A DNA stretch of 33,990 bases, from the IMG/VR virus record IMGVR_UViG_3300007606_000015, positions 1 through 33,990 of that record, one strand, 5' to 3'. The DNA comes from a virus (taxonomy: Duplodnaviria > Caudoviricetes). Made by a program: the position numbers and the translations under genes. Every line of letters begins with the position of its first letter. The stretch's first letter is position 1. This document shows positions 15,293 through 23,943 of the stretch, one piece after another. The notes under the pieces are model-generated. The model did no database searches, had not been told where the DNA came from, and was given only the letters and a program-made list of their open reading frames with translations.

Positions 15293-16765
15293 ATGAAACT
15301 CCGAGACTACCAAGAAGCCGCTGTCACCTCCGCCTGTTCGCACTTGGCGAAAGGCATCAACCCGCTGGTGATCGCACCAACTGGTGCTGGCAAGACTGTC
15401 ATCGCTTCCGAGATTATGAGACGCTGGCAGTTGGACAACCCGACCAAGGCTTGTTTTTTTGTGGCCCACCGCAACGAACTGCTGGAGCAGGCGGAAGGCA
15501 CGATGGGTAAGTTCGGCGTGCGTGGTAAAGTGCTGTCGGTGTTCCAGCGTGACTTTGCTGACATCTCGGACGCCGACAAGCGTGACGCCTTGGTGGTGTT
15601 CGATGAAGCCCACCATGCGGTGGCATCGTCTTGGGCTAACTTTTCCAGCGTGTTCACGGGGCCAAAGTTGGCGGTGACGGCTACGCCAGACCGCATGGAC
15701 AGACAGAAGATTGAGGAAGTCGGGTTCGTCCAGGCTTACGAAATCGCCATCCGTACGCTTATTGAGCAAGGGCACCTCGTCCGTCCGTTGGCCTACAAGA
15801 TGCCCGTGGAACTGTCCAACATCCTGCTTAAAGGCTACGACCATCCTCTGGAAGCGATTGCTGACAGCATCGTGGACGAGATGAAGCGTTGGGATCGCAA
15901 GAAGGCCATCGCCTTCCTTCCCGATGTGGAAACCTCCGAGCGTCTGGTATCTTTGCTGAACAAGCGTGGATGCCCTGCGTCCCATGTGGACGGCACGACC
16001 CACGACTATATGCGGTCGTATGCCATCAACTCCTACAAGACGGGCGAGACGAAAGTGCTTTGTAATGTCAACCTATTCACGGAAGGCTTCGATGCCCCCG
16101 AAACCGATTGCGTGGTGCTGTTGCGTCCTACGCAGTCTCGGGCCTTGTGGGTGCAGATGATTGGGCGTGGCCTGCGGACGGCGGAAGGCAAGACGGACTG
16201 CCTTATCCTTGACCCCATGTGGATTTCGGGGGAAAACTCCTTCCAGCCTTCGGACGCCTTTACGGTGTTCCCAGGAGCCAAGGGTCGCTTGGTTGAGGGT
16301 GGGCACGACCCGATGGCCGAGGCCGAAATGCAGGACAAGTCGGCTGAACAGCGTATGATTGAACGCATCGCCAAGGAGGAACGCCGCCAGCAGGCCAAGG
16401 ACGCCCGTGAGATGGGTTTCATCGACCTGTCCGTGGCTTGTGCCTGTTTCGGGTTCATCCTGCCTCCTACGGGTAAGGACGAGGCTTTAATGACTTCTGG
16501 CCAAGAGGCTGAACTCAACCGCCACAAAGTTTACGCCAAGGGCGTGACCACCTCGCAGGCTTCATGGATGATCGGTCGCTTGCAGGCTCGGGAGCGTCTG
16601 GGCTTGGCCACGGTAAAGCAAGTCCGCAAGTTGCGTCAGTTCGGTATTGGCAACGCCTTGAAGTTGACGGTGACGCAGGCAAGCCAGGCCATTGGTGCCG
16701 ACTGGCGTATGGCTGGAAAAAACACCTTTACAAACCGCCCCAATGTGGCATATAAACTTAAATAA
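15293..16765 (+). CDS. Superfamily 2 (DEAH) helicase
   Basis: LRDYQ, APTGAGKT, DEAHH, TATP, TEGFD, QMIGRGLR. Confidence 0.93.
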   Translation: MKLRDYQEAAVTSACSHLAKGINPLVIAPTGAGKTVIASEIMRRWQLDNPTKACFFVAHRNELLEQAEGTMGKFGVRGKVLSVFQRDFADISDADKRDALVVFDEAHHAVASSWANFSSVFTGPKLAVTATPDRMDRQKIEEVGFVQAYEIAIRTLIEQGHLVRPLAYKMPVELSNILLKGYDHPLEAIADSIVDEMKRWDRKKAIAFLPDVETSERLVSLLNKRGCPASHVDGTTHDYMRSYAINSYKTGETKVLCNVNLFTEGFDAPETDCVVLLRPTQSRALWVQMIGRGLRTAEGKTDCLILDPMWISGENSFQPSDAFTVFPGAKGRLVEGGHDPMAEAEMQDKSAEQRMIERIAKEERRQQAKDAREMGFIDLSVACACFGFILPPTGKDEALMTSGQEAELNRHKVYAKGVTTSQASWMIGRLQARERLGLATVKQVRKLRQFGIGNALKLTVTQASQAIGADWRMAGKNTFTNRPNVAYKLK

Positions 16766-16769
16766 CACC

Positions 16770-17294
16770 ATGAGTAACCACGACCAAGAAATGGATGCGG
16801 CTATGAGCCGAATCGGAGTATTACGATTTAGACTGGACGAGGCACAAGCCGAGTTGGAGAGGCTTCGTGCGTCATCATTTGTAACGGCTGTGCCGTCAGA
16901 GGAATACGAACGGCTCCAATCCGAAAACAAGTTGGTGCGGGAGGAATCAGATCGCCATTATCAACTGTGGGTGAACTCCCAAGCCGACCTTGAGAAATCC
17001 GATGGTGTTGTCTGGACGCTGGCGGTGGAGAATACCCACCTCAAGGCCGAGGTGACTGATTTAAAGTCTATGGCTGACCGATTTAAGGCCGAGGTGGAGT
17101 CTCTGATGACCAACCCTACTTCCCGACTGTTGCGAGCCGAGCGTGAGGAGAACGCCCGCCTCAAGGCCGAGGTCGAAAGCCTTAAACGGGCAGGGGATTT
17201 GATGCTTAAATGTGCCTCTGCTAATATGCCATATCCACCCTATGCGACTATTGCAAAGGACTGGAACGCCGCCAAGGAGGGCAAGCAGTCGTGA
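16770..17294 (+). CDS. Coiled-coil protein with repeated (L/F)KAEV module
   Basis: CACC-ATG at 16770; AAGGCCGAGGT three times. Confidence 0.7.
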   Translation: MSNHDQEMDAAMSRIGVLRFRLDEAQAELERLRASSFVTAVPSEEYERLQSENKLVREESDRHYQLWVNSQADLEKSDGVVWTLAVENTHLKAEVTDLKSMADRFKAEVESLMTNPTSRLLRAEREENARLKAEVESLKRAGDLMLKCASANMPYPPYATIAKDWNAAKEGKQS

Positions 17295-17614
17295 GGAATA
17301 CAGGTTCAAATACGCTTGGGTACGGCAAGACTCGAGAGGTGGTCATCCAGGGCTACAAGCAAGCTCTTACCAAGAAGCAGATCGCAGAGAAACATGGACT
17401 CTCCCGACCAGCCGTCCATAACTGTGCGTACAGGCTTGGACTCAAGTTTGAGTATGTAGTCCTTAAGCGACCTTATGGCGACATTAAGCACGCTGTTCTT
17501 GAGGCCGCAGAGAAAGGCATGACAGTCCGTGAGATTACCAAGACTTACGGGTTTAGGTATCGTACTGTTTATTGCATTAACCATGACTTTAATCTTGGAC
17601 TAAAATTAAAATGA
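17291..17614 (+). CDS. Tandem HTH protein
   Basis: LTKKQIAEKHGLSRPAVHN and MTVREITKTYGFRYRTVY. Confidence 0.65.
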   Translation: MRNTGSNTLGYGKTREVVIQGYKQALTKKQIAEKHGLSRPAVHNCAYRLGLKFEYVVLKRPYGDIKHAVLEAAEKGMTVREITKTYGFRYRTVYCINHDFNLGLKLK

Positions 17615-17790
17615 CCGACCTAACCCCCGAAGAATTGGCTGAAATTATTGCCAGGTACCGCTATAATTCCGTTCAAAACCGTTACCGAATTGAGCGTCTG
17701 ACTGACGAGAACCTTGAACTTCGTAAAGAACTCGACAAACTTAAATCGACATATCAGAACAAAGGTGTCGATTCCCCTAAACAACCTTAA
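17611..17790 (+). CDS. Small coiled-coil protein
   Basis: Not in track; MTDLTPEELAEIIARYRY...KQP, 59 aa, ATGA-coupled. Confidence 0.65.
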   Translation: MTDLTPEELAEIIARYRYNSVQNRYRIERLTDENLELRKELDKLKSTYQNKGVDSPKQP

Positions 17791-17792
17791 CC

Positions 17793-18125
17793 ATGTCCAC
17801 TCAATACCCTATTCACGGCAACCTGGCCACCGCCGAGTATTGCCAAAGCCTTGATGATCGTGCCAGGTCGCTCGGCCTGCCCGTCAACCGATTGGTGTCC
17901 CTTATGAATGTCGGCTTTGGCGAACCACCCATTGAGGACGCTGGCTACTACAATAAGATTCATAACAACCCGAATCGTAATTTAATGAAAACCTCATTAT
18001 ATTGGTACCTTATGTGGAAAGAGAAAGGCGTCCGCAAGCACCGCAGGATGTCCACCGACATTATAGAATCCCGCCGTATGCGTGACGAGTTCTTTGGACA
18101 AATTGGTTATTACGAAAAGAAATGA
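17793..18125 (+). CDS. Hypothetical protein, possible beta-sheet DNA-binding C-terminus
   Basis: YWYLMW...RKHRRMSTDIIESRRMRD resembles AP2/arm-binding-type folds. Confidence 0.6.
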   Translation: MSTQYPIHGNLATAEYCQSLDDRARSLGLPVNRLVSLMNVGFGEPPIEDAGYYNKIHNNPNRNLMKTSLYWYLMWKEKGVRKHRRMSTDIIESRRMRDEFFGQIGYYEKK

Positions 18126-18412
18126 ACCAACCGCCACTTGCACTACAAGCCTACCGAGATAAGGTACCCAAGCACGCCCTGTTTGCCGTCTATGAGAACG
18201 GCAAGGTCGAGAACCCAGAGTTCGTGGCCGACCACATGGAAGGCGGCAACTGGTTCTGCTGGGATCATCGTCTCTGGAAATGGCTTTCTGAAGTTTACCC
18301 ACACATCAAAAACAAACCCATCCATTACTGGCAACTCCATGCAAAAAAGTTCACCCGATTCTATCCCACCAACCTCCCCCCTACCGTGGTACCAAAAGCC
18401 CGAAAGAGTTAG
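18122..18412 (+). CDS. Hypothetical protein
   Basis: ATGA-coupled, 96 aa, aromatic-rich. Confidence 0.6.
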   Translation: MNQPPLALQAYRDKVPKHALFAVYENGKVENPEFVADHMEGGNWFCWDHRLWKWLSEVYPHIKNKPIHYWQLHAKKFTRFYPTNLPPTVVPKARKS

Positions 18413-18605
18413 GGGCAAGCGGTACACCAACGGGTTGAGCCTGTTGCGGCGTATTCTCGGCCAAGCGGTCGGTAGGAATACCCACGCCACCTTCTCGCCA
18501 AAGGAGGCCATTGACATCCTTTTGGCTGTTGACGAGGTGGCACCACGCAAGGGCACAAGCATCCCAAACTACCAATTCAAAGTTGTGTCTAAACTCCGTG
18601 GCTAA
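18339..18605 (+). CDS. Hypothetical protein (start uncertain)
   Basis: Fills gap before the phosphoesterase gene; overlaps both neighbours. Confidence 0.4.
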   Translation: MQKSSPDSIPPTSPLPWYQKPERVRGKRYTNGLSLLRRILGQAVGRNTHATFSPKEAIDILLAVDEVAPRKGTSIPNYQFKVVSKLRG

Positions 18606-19320
18606 CATTACCAAAGGTTATCGAAGGTTCATGGCCGTTGGGTGTTCCCACGGCATCTACGCTGACCCGCTGGCGGTCGAGGCTGTCGTCAAGTTCCGTG
18701 AGTCCTTTAAGCCCCATGAGATGATACACCTGGGTGACTTCACCGATATGTCCCCGTTCATGGGAAGTGCTGGTGGCGAAGGCGACCCTATCAAGCCCGA
18801 CCTAATGGGGGGCATTGATTTCTTGAACCGCTTGCGTTGCACCGTTGTTCTGGCTGGTAATCACGAAGCCCGTCTTTGGCGTGATCGCCACAGCAACAAT
18901 CAACTGCGGGCGATGGCGGCACAGACAAGCATCGAAGCCATTGAGGTGGCCTGCTTAAAATTGCACGCCCAACTCATCCCGTATTCTGGGGTGTGGCAAG
19001 TCTATCAGTTGGCCAATTACAAGTTTACCCACGGAACAATTTACAATGAGAACTCGGCCCGTGACATGGCGGAGATGTACGGGAATGTCATCTTTGCCCA
19101 TACCCATAAGGCCAGCATCCAGATGGGTCGCACCTACAACGCCGCCCAGGGCATCTCCGTGGGCACGCTGACCCGCAAGGGGTCGCTTGAGTACGCCAAC
19201 ACCCGCCGTAGCACGCTGGGGTGGTCACAGGGCTTCGTCTATGGGGAATACACGGACAACTCGCTGTACCCTACCCTTCACATCCACGATGGCACCGACC
19301 AATGGAAAATCCCGCTGTAA
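18598..19320 (+). CDS. Calcineurin-like metallophosphoesterase
   Basis: GCSHG, HLGDFTD, GNHE, FTHG, AHTH motifs; GTG start at 18598. Confidence 0.85.
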   Translation: MANITKGYRRFMAVGCSHGIYADPLAVEAVVKFRESFKPHEMIHLGDFTDMSPFMGSAGGEGDPIKPDLMGGIDFLNRLRCTVVLAGNHEARLWRDRHSNNQLRAMAAQTSIEAIEVACLKLHAQLIPYSGVWQVYQLANYKFTHGTIYNENSARDMAEMYGNVIFAHTHKASIQMGRTYNAAQGISVGTLTRKGSLEYANTRRSTLGWSQGFVYGEYTDNSLYPTLHIHDGTDQWKIPL

Positions 19321-19544
19321 AGGCACAGAGGTTACTTGAGGAAGTCTATCGTCAACGCAAGGGGGCGGTCGATGTCGTACCCGAGGGCTACATGAGCGTT
19401 GCCCAGTACGCCAAACTTTGGAAGATGGGTCGGACGAACACGGAGATCATCATCAAGGAAGCCGTGAAGAAAAAATTGGTGAAGATGGTTCGCCTGCGAC
19501 AGTTGGCTAAAGGTCGGTTGATGAAGTTGAACTTCTACGGTTGA
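19302..19544 (+). CDS. Small basic protein, winged-helix-like
   Basis: VPEGYMSVAQYAKLWKMGRTNTEIIIKEAVKKKLV. Confidence 0.6.
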   Translation: MENPAVKAQRLLEEVYRQRKGAVDVVPEGYMSVAQYAKLWKMGRTNTEIIIKEAVKKKLVKMVRLRQLAKGRLMKLNFYG

Positions 19545-19568
19545 CACGGGGGTGGGGAGTGGCAAAGT
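19541..19568 (+). promoter_or_regulatory. Putative promoter TTGACA-N16-CAAAGT
   Basis: Consensus -35 upstream of the two-gene primase unit. Confidence 0.45.
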
Positions 19569-19584
19569 CAGAACTCCACCCACC

Positions 19585-19803
19585 ATGAAACAACATATTA
19601 AACTGGAGCCTCACAAGGACTTCAAGAAAGCCATCGTCCGCACAAGCAAGGACGGTTGCATCACCTACAACTATTACCTTCTCATTACGGTGTGCATGAA
19701 GATGCACAAATGGGATTGGGATACGGCGACAGAGTGGGTTGAGTATAACATCGTCAGCCTTGCACCCAACGGCTTCAAGGTGTCCTACACTCAAGTCAAA
19801 TGA
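19585..19803 (+). CDS. Hypothetical phage protein
   Basis: CCACC-ATG at 19585; 72 aa; coupled to primase gene. Confidence 0.65.
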   Translation: MKQHIKLEPHKDFKKAIVRTSKDGCITYNYYLLITVCMKMHKWDWDTATEWVEYNIVSLAPNGFKVSYTQVK

Positions 19804-21785
19804 CCCTTCAAGATCGCATCACGGGAGCCAGGGCGTACCTTGGCAAACTTCCTCCCGCCACGGCAGGCCAAGGCGGGCACCCAGCCACTTATCGTGCGGC
19901 CAGCATACTAGCCAATGGCTTTGACCTTGGCTACGATGACGCCTGGTTCCTGCTTAACGAGTGGAACACCTCCCATTGTTCCCCGCCCTGGGGCGAGAAG
20001 GAACTCCGCCACAAGTTGAACGATGCCTTCGTCAAGCCTCATGAGAAGCCCAAGGGCTGGCTGAACGCAGGCAAGGAACGCAAGGTGGGTGCCAATGGTC
20101 GCTTCGTGTTCGACCCTACGGTGATTGCAGGCATGGTAGATGCCCAGACGCCTTACAACACGGCGGATGTCTTGCTTAACTGCTTTAAGGACGAGGATGT
20201 GGTCTGCATCACCAACGAGGCTGGGCAGACGGAGGACGGCAAATGGTTCCCAGCCTCCAAGGGCATCTTCATTACCCGAGCCGAGTGGCTGTCCAAGTTT
20301 TTCGGCCCAGATGCCAAGCAGGGCAAGCACTTTGCCGAGTCCGAGCAGGGGGCATGGATTCGCATCAACCCCTTTACCAAGGACGACTACACGGGTACGG
20401 ACAACGCCGTGGCCTGTTACCGCCATGTTCTGGTCGAGTTCGACAAGAAGTCCAAGGAGGAGCAGTTTGCGATCTTCCAGCAGTCCAACCTTCCCATCAG
20501 CCTTTTGGTGGACTCGGGCGGCAAATCCATTCACGCCTGGGTCAAGGTGGACGCCGCCGACAAAGCCCAATGGGAAGAACGCCGCACCGCAGTCTATGAA
20601 TACCTTTCCGACCATGAACCCGACCCGCAAAACAAAAACCCGTCTCGCTGGAGCCGCCTCGGTGGGGTCAAGCGTGGCGACAAAGAACAACGCATCCTCG
20701 CCTTCAATGTCGGGGCCGAGGACTGGGACTCCTTCACCGCTTGGCGGGAAGGGCAAGACTTTCCAGACGAAATCCGAACCGACACGCTCGAAACCTACGA
20801 TACCAAGAACGACCCGAACCATGTCATTGGTCATGGTCGGTACCTTTGTCGAGGTGGAAGCCTTCTTGTTACAGGCCAGTCTGGTATTGGAAAATCATCG
20901 TTTGTCATGCAAATGGCGACTTCATGGGCGGTGGGACGGGAACTGTTCGGGATTCCTGTCATTCGACCCCTCCGCATTGGCGTTGTCCAAGCAGAGTGCG
21001 ATATGGGCGATCTTGCGGAGGCTTTCCAAGGAGTGTCATCTGGGATGTGCCTTACCAGTAGTGAACGGGATTTATGCCGTGAAAACCTCCGCTTCTTCAC
21101 CGAAGCCAGCAAGACGGGTAAAGACTTCGTAGATTTGTGCCGTAAGATTATCGTGCGGCTGAAACTGGATGTCCTGGTGGCAGACCCCTTGCTGTCCTAT
21201 GTGGGGGGTGATTTGTCCAAGCAAGAGGTTTGCTCGCACTTCCTCCGCAACCTTATCCAGCCCGTGTTGCAAGAGACGGGGTGCATCATGGTATTCATTC
21301 ACCATGAAGGTAAGCCCAAGCCCAAGGAAACCACGGATGAGCAGACAATCTCGGACATGGCATATAGCGGCCTAGGAAGTTCTGAATTAGTGAACTGGGC
21401 TAGAGCGATCATCAGCGTCCGCCGTGAGTCCAAGGAAAAGCCTATCTTCTCCTTTAACCTTACGAAGCGTGGCAAGTTGGCTGGGATGCGGACTGTGGAT
21501 GGCAAGCCTACCTTGTCTATCAAGTTAAAGCACGCCGACCATAAGGTGCTATGGGAAGTCGCTCCCACTATGGAGGCTTTTGAGTTGCTGAAAGTAGGCC
21601 AGCAGTACGCTCACTTTTCAACCAAGCCTACCTTGAGCCGAAAGGCGTTGCTGGACGAACTGACGAGGGAGTTTAGCCTTCAACAAGACCAGGCTGAAGC
21701 GGTCATTAAGGCGATGGTTACGAACGGCATCATTAAGCCAAAGAAGATTGGTGCCGCCCTATTCTACGAGGGCACGAAGGCTTAA
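19800..21785 (+). CDS. Primase-helicase fusion (PriCT-like, RepB/AEP-type primase, RepA/AAA_25 helicase)
   Basis: WN...CSPPW...EL..K; VLVEFD, DSGGKSIHAW, NPSR.SRL; Walker A GQSGIGKS, Walker B LVADP, IHHEGK, GSS. Confidence 0.88.
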   Translation: MTLQDRITGARAYLGKLPPATAGQGGHPATYRAASILANGFDLGYDDAWFLLNEWNTSHCSPPWGEKELRHKLNDAFVKPHEKPKGWLNAGKERKVGANGRFVFDPTVIAGMVDAQTPYNTADVLLNCFKDEDVVCITNEAGQTEDGKWFPASKGIFITRAEWLSKFFGPDAKQGKHFAESEQGAWIRINPFTKDDYTGTDNAVACYRHVLVEFDKKSKEEQFAIFQQSNLPISLLVDSGGKSIHAWVKVDAADKAQWEERRTAVYEYLSDHEPDPQNKNPSRWSRLGGVKRGDKEQRILAFNVGAEDWDSFTAWREGQDFPDEIRTDTLETYDTKNDPNHVIGHGRYLCRGGSLLVTGQSGIGKSSFVMQMATSWAVGRELFGIPVIRPLRIGVVQAECDMGDLAEAFQGVSSGMCLTSSERDLCRENLRFFTEASKTGKDFVDLCRKIIVRLKLDVLVADPLLSYVGGDLSKQEVCSHFLRNLIQPVLQETGCIMVFIHHEGKPKPKETTDEQTISDMAYSGLGSSELVNWARAIISVRRESKEKPIFSFNLTKRGKLAGMRTVDGKPTLSIKLKHADHKVLWEVAPTMEAFELLKVGQQYAHFSTKPTLSRKALLDELTREFSLQQDQAEAVIKAMVTNGIIKPKKIGAALFYEGTKA

Positions 21786-22102
21786 CGCCTGCGGAACCGT
21801 AAAGCCACCGCTATGGCTACGCCTACGCACCCGACTGCCAAAGCCCAGCCTAGGTCACGGACTGTTTGAAGGGCAAGGGTGGCGGTGGTAAGTTGCTTCT
21901 CTAGAGTGGCATCGTCCGACTTCATCTGCTTGCCCCCGTCCACGATGATCAACGCCATCGCTTGGCTATTGCCGAAAACGGACAGCACATAGTCGCAAAT
22001 CCAGGCGGCGGCAAAAGCGGTAATGCCTGCGATGACGGTCAGAATAACAACCGCCAAGAACAGGCTCTTTTCACTTTCGCTTGGCTGGACGCTTTTTGCC
22101 AT
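21782..22102 (-). CDS. Two-TM membrane protein (lysis-type cluster)
   Basis: Hydrophobic N- and C-terminal segments, basic tail. Confidence 0.7.
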   Translation of the reverse strand: MAKSVQPSESEKSLFLAVVILTVIAGITAFAAAWICDYVLSVFGNSQAMALIIVDGGKQMKSDDATLEKQLTTATLALQTVRDLGWALAVGCVGVAIAVALRFRRR

Positions 22103-22445
22103 TGGGATTTTGCTTGGTCACCTTGGACACCTCGGCCTCGCCACGGGCTTTGATATATTTGAGAACATAGTCTGCCACCTCTGGGGCGGCGTACCCGCAG
22201 GCACCGATGACGGCCATACGCAGAGAAGCGGAGGCAATATGTTCTTGGATGCCCCAGCCCACAAAGGCGGCTACGATGGCGGCTACGGACACACGGCGGA
22301 TCACCCAGAAGATGGTGACAGGTTCTGGCCCCGTGTGTAGGAGCAGTCGGGCGGTCATAGCCAGCGACCCGAGGATGGATGCTACCGCCCCGTCCTTGAT
22401 TTCCTTGGGGATGCTTTCTGGGTCAATCGGGGCGGGGGGACTCAT
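22071..22445 (-). CDS. Putative holin
   Basis: About three hydrophobic segments and highly basic C-terminus; downstream of tail fibre. Confidence 0.6.
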   Translation of the reverse strand: MSPPAPIDPESIPKEIKDGAVASILGSLAMTARLLLHTGPEPVTIFWVIRRVSVAAIVAAFVGWGIQEHIASASLRMAVIGACGYAAPEVADYVLKYIKARGEAEVSKVTKQNPNGKKRPAKRK

Positions 22446-22609
22446 TTGCGGGCGACCGAAAGTAGGAGGCAGATGTTAGCGGTCGAATAGCACAGCCACA
22501 TAATTGCCAGCGGGTAATTCTTTGTGAATAAGTTGGCGATACCCGCAGATAAATAAGCCAAGGACGCAACGCCTGGTACGATGGTCGTGCAAAAAGTTTC
22601 GGCGGTCAT
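22442..22609 (-). CDS. Small two-TM membrane protein
   Basis: Not in track; MTAETFCTTIVPGVASLAYLSAGIANLFTKNYPLAIMWLCYSTANICLLLSVARK, ATGA-coupled at both ends. Confidence 0.7.
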   Translation of the reverse strand: MTAETFCTTIVPGVASLAYLSAGIANLFTKNYPLAIMWLCYSTANICLLLSVARK

Positions 22610-22902
22610 CTGCTTATTTTAACGGGGGTCTTGTGTTTTCCTAGGAGGACTCTGCGAAAGTTCTGCGACCAGAGGGTGCGGGACATCTCTTTGCCTAGGC
22701 GGTCGATTTGAGACTCGGAAAGGTCGGGCAGGGAAAGGTGCAGTTGCTCGTGGCACAGAACCTCTAACTCACGCTTTGGCGACAGGCGTGGGTCTATTTC
22801 AATGGTGGGCCGTGAGGGATCGCAAGTAGCCTGTCCCCATGCTTTCTCTTTTCCTAACTTCCTCCAAACAACTTTAGTTTTTGGGGTCTTTGGGCGGGTC
22901 AT
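22606..22902 (-). CDS. Small HExxH zinc metallopeptidase-like protein
   Basis: AWGQA..IEIDPRL...EVLCHEQLH mini-zincin pattern. Confidence 0.65.
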   Translation of the reverse strand: MTRPKTPKTKVVWRKLGKEKAWGQATCDPSRPTIEIDPRLSPKRELEVLCHEQLHLSLPDLSESQIDRLGKEMSRTLWSQNFRRVLLGKHKTPVKISR

Positions 22903-23590
22903 AGGTTTTAGGGCGTTTGAACCACCAGACAAAAGACCAAATTACGATAGTGCTGATTATGGTAATGGCTACCCCTGGGACAAAATAGGGGGAGGCGAAA
23001 AGGTAAGGTAGCCCTGCGATGGAAGAACCCACCACAAATGCCCCACCAGCCCGTAGGTACTGTCCGAGGATGGCAAGACCAAGGGCGGCAAGGAAACAGG
23101 CTCCAGCGGCCACGGTGAAGGCGTTTCGGATGCCCTCGGTCTTGACCCTCTCCACCTCGGCGGTCAATTCGACCACTTGGGCGTTAGCGGCGTCCAAGGC
23201 GACCTTGTTCTTGGAGGCGTCCGCTTCGGCCTTGGCCCAGTTGGTTTCGATAGCGGCCAGCAGTTTTGCCCCAGCCTCCATCGCTCGCTTATACTCCTCG
23301 GGGTCGTTGCGGGTTACCCGATTGGAAATGTAGCCCAGATTGTGGGGATCGGGGGCTGGGAGGTAGGAGGCTACCACCGCCAGTTCCTTTTCGACCACGG
23401 CTGGTTTACCTAGGGCATTGGCGTTACGGGCAACCTGGACGCCAGCCGACACACGGGCATCAGCCTTGTCGATTTGCTCGCCGACCTTGGCAAACTCATC
23501 GACAGGGGGCGTAGCGGTTCCAGTACCATCGGTGCCCGTGGTGGAGCAACCAACTATAATAAGACCGACCGCTATTAAAGCCAGACGCAT
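22874..23590 (-). CDS. Lipoprotein with coiled coil and C-terminal TM segments (spanin candidate)
   Basis: MRLALIAVGLIIVG-C lipobox, helical middle, hydrophobic C-terminus. Confidence 0.65.
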   Translation of the reverse strand: MRLALIAVGLIIVGCSTTGTDGTGTATPPVDEFAKVGEQIDKADARVSAGVQVARNANALGKPAVVEKELAVVASYLPAPDPHNLGYISNRVTRNDPEEYKRAMEAGAKLLAAIETNWAKAEADASKNKVALDAANAQVVELTAEVERVKTEGIRNAFTVAAGACFLAALGLAILGQYLRAGGAFVVGSSIAGLPYLFASPYFVPGVAITIISTIVIWSFVWWFKRPKTYDPPKDPKN

Positions 23591-23600
23591 CTGGCTTTAA

Positions 23601-23741
23601 TTACTTACCCTTGAGGGCATCCAAGATAGACTTACCTTTGCCTTCGGCGGCTTTGAGTTTATCGATATGCTTTCGGTACACAAGCAACCCAGCGGTAAAG
23701 CCGATGAGGAGTCCAATAATGAATAGGATAGCGTAGGACAT
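23601..23741 (-). CDS. Small single-TM protein
   Basis: MSYAILFIIGLLIGFTAGLLVYRK...; ATG 23741. Confidence 0.7.
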   Translation of the reverse strand: MSYAILFIIGLLIGFTAGLLVYRKHIDKLKAAEGKGKSILDALKGK

Positions 23742-23742
23742 A

Positions 23743-23943
23743 TTAGGAAATGGGAACAACGGTGTAACCCTTGGCGGCGATGAGGGCGAGAAGGGCGGCT
23801 TTGGTTTCGGCAAAGACCACCGTCAAGCCTGTGGCGTTGTAGGTTTGGTTTGCCTTAACGCTGAACACGGTAGGGGTATTTTTGTTACCATCAAAAAGTA
23901 AGGCCGCAAAACCGTCCTTCTCATATCGTTTGGAGATAGGCAT
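23743..23943 (-). CDS. Hypothetical protein downstream of tail fibre
   Basis: 66 aa, TAATG-coupled. Confidence 0.65.
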   Translation of the reverse strand: MPISKRYEKDGFAALLFDGNKNTPTVFSVKANQTYNATGLTVVFAETKAALLALIAAKGYTVVPIS

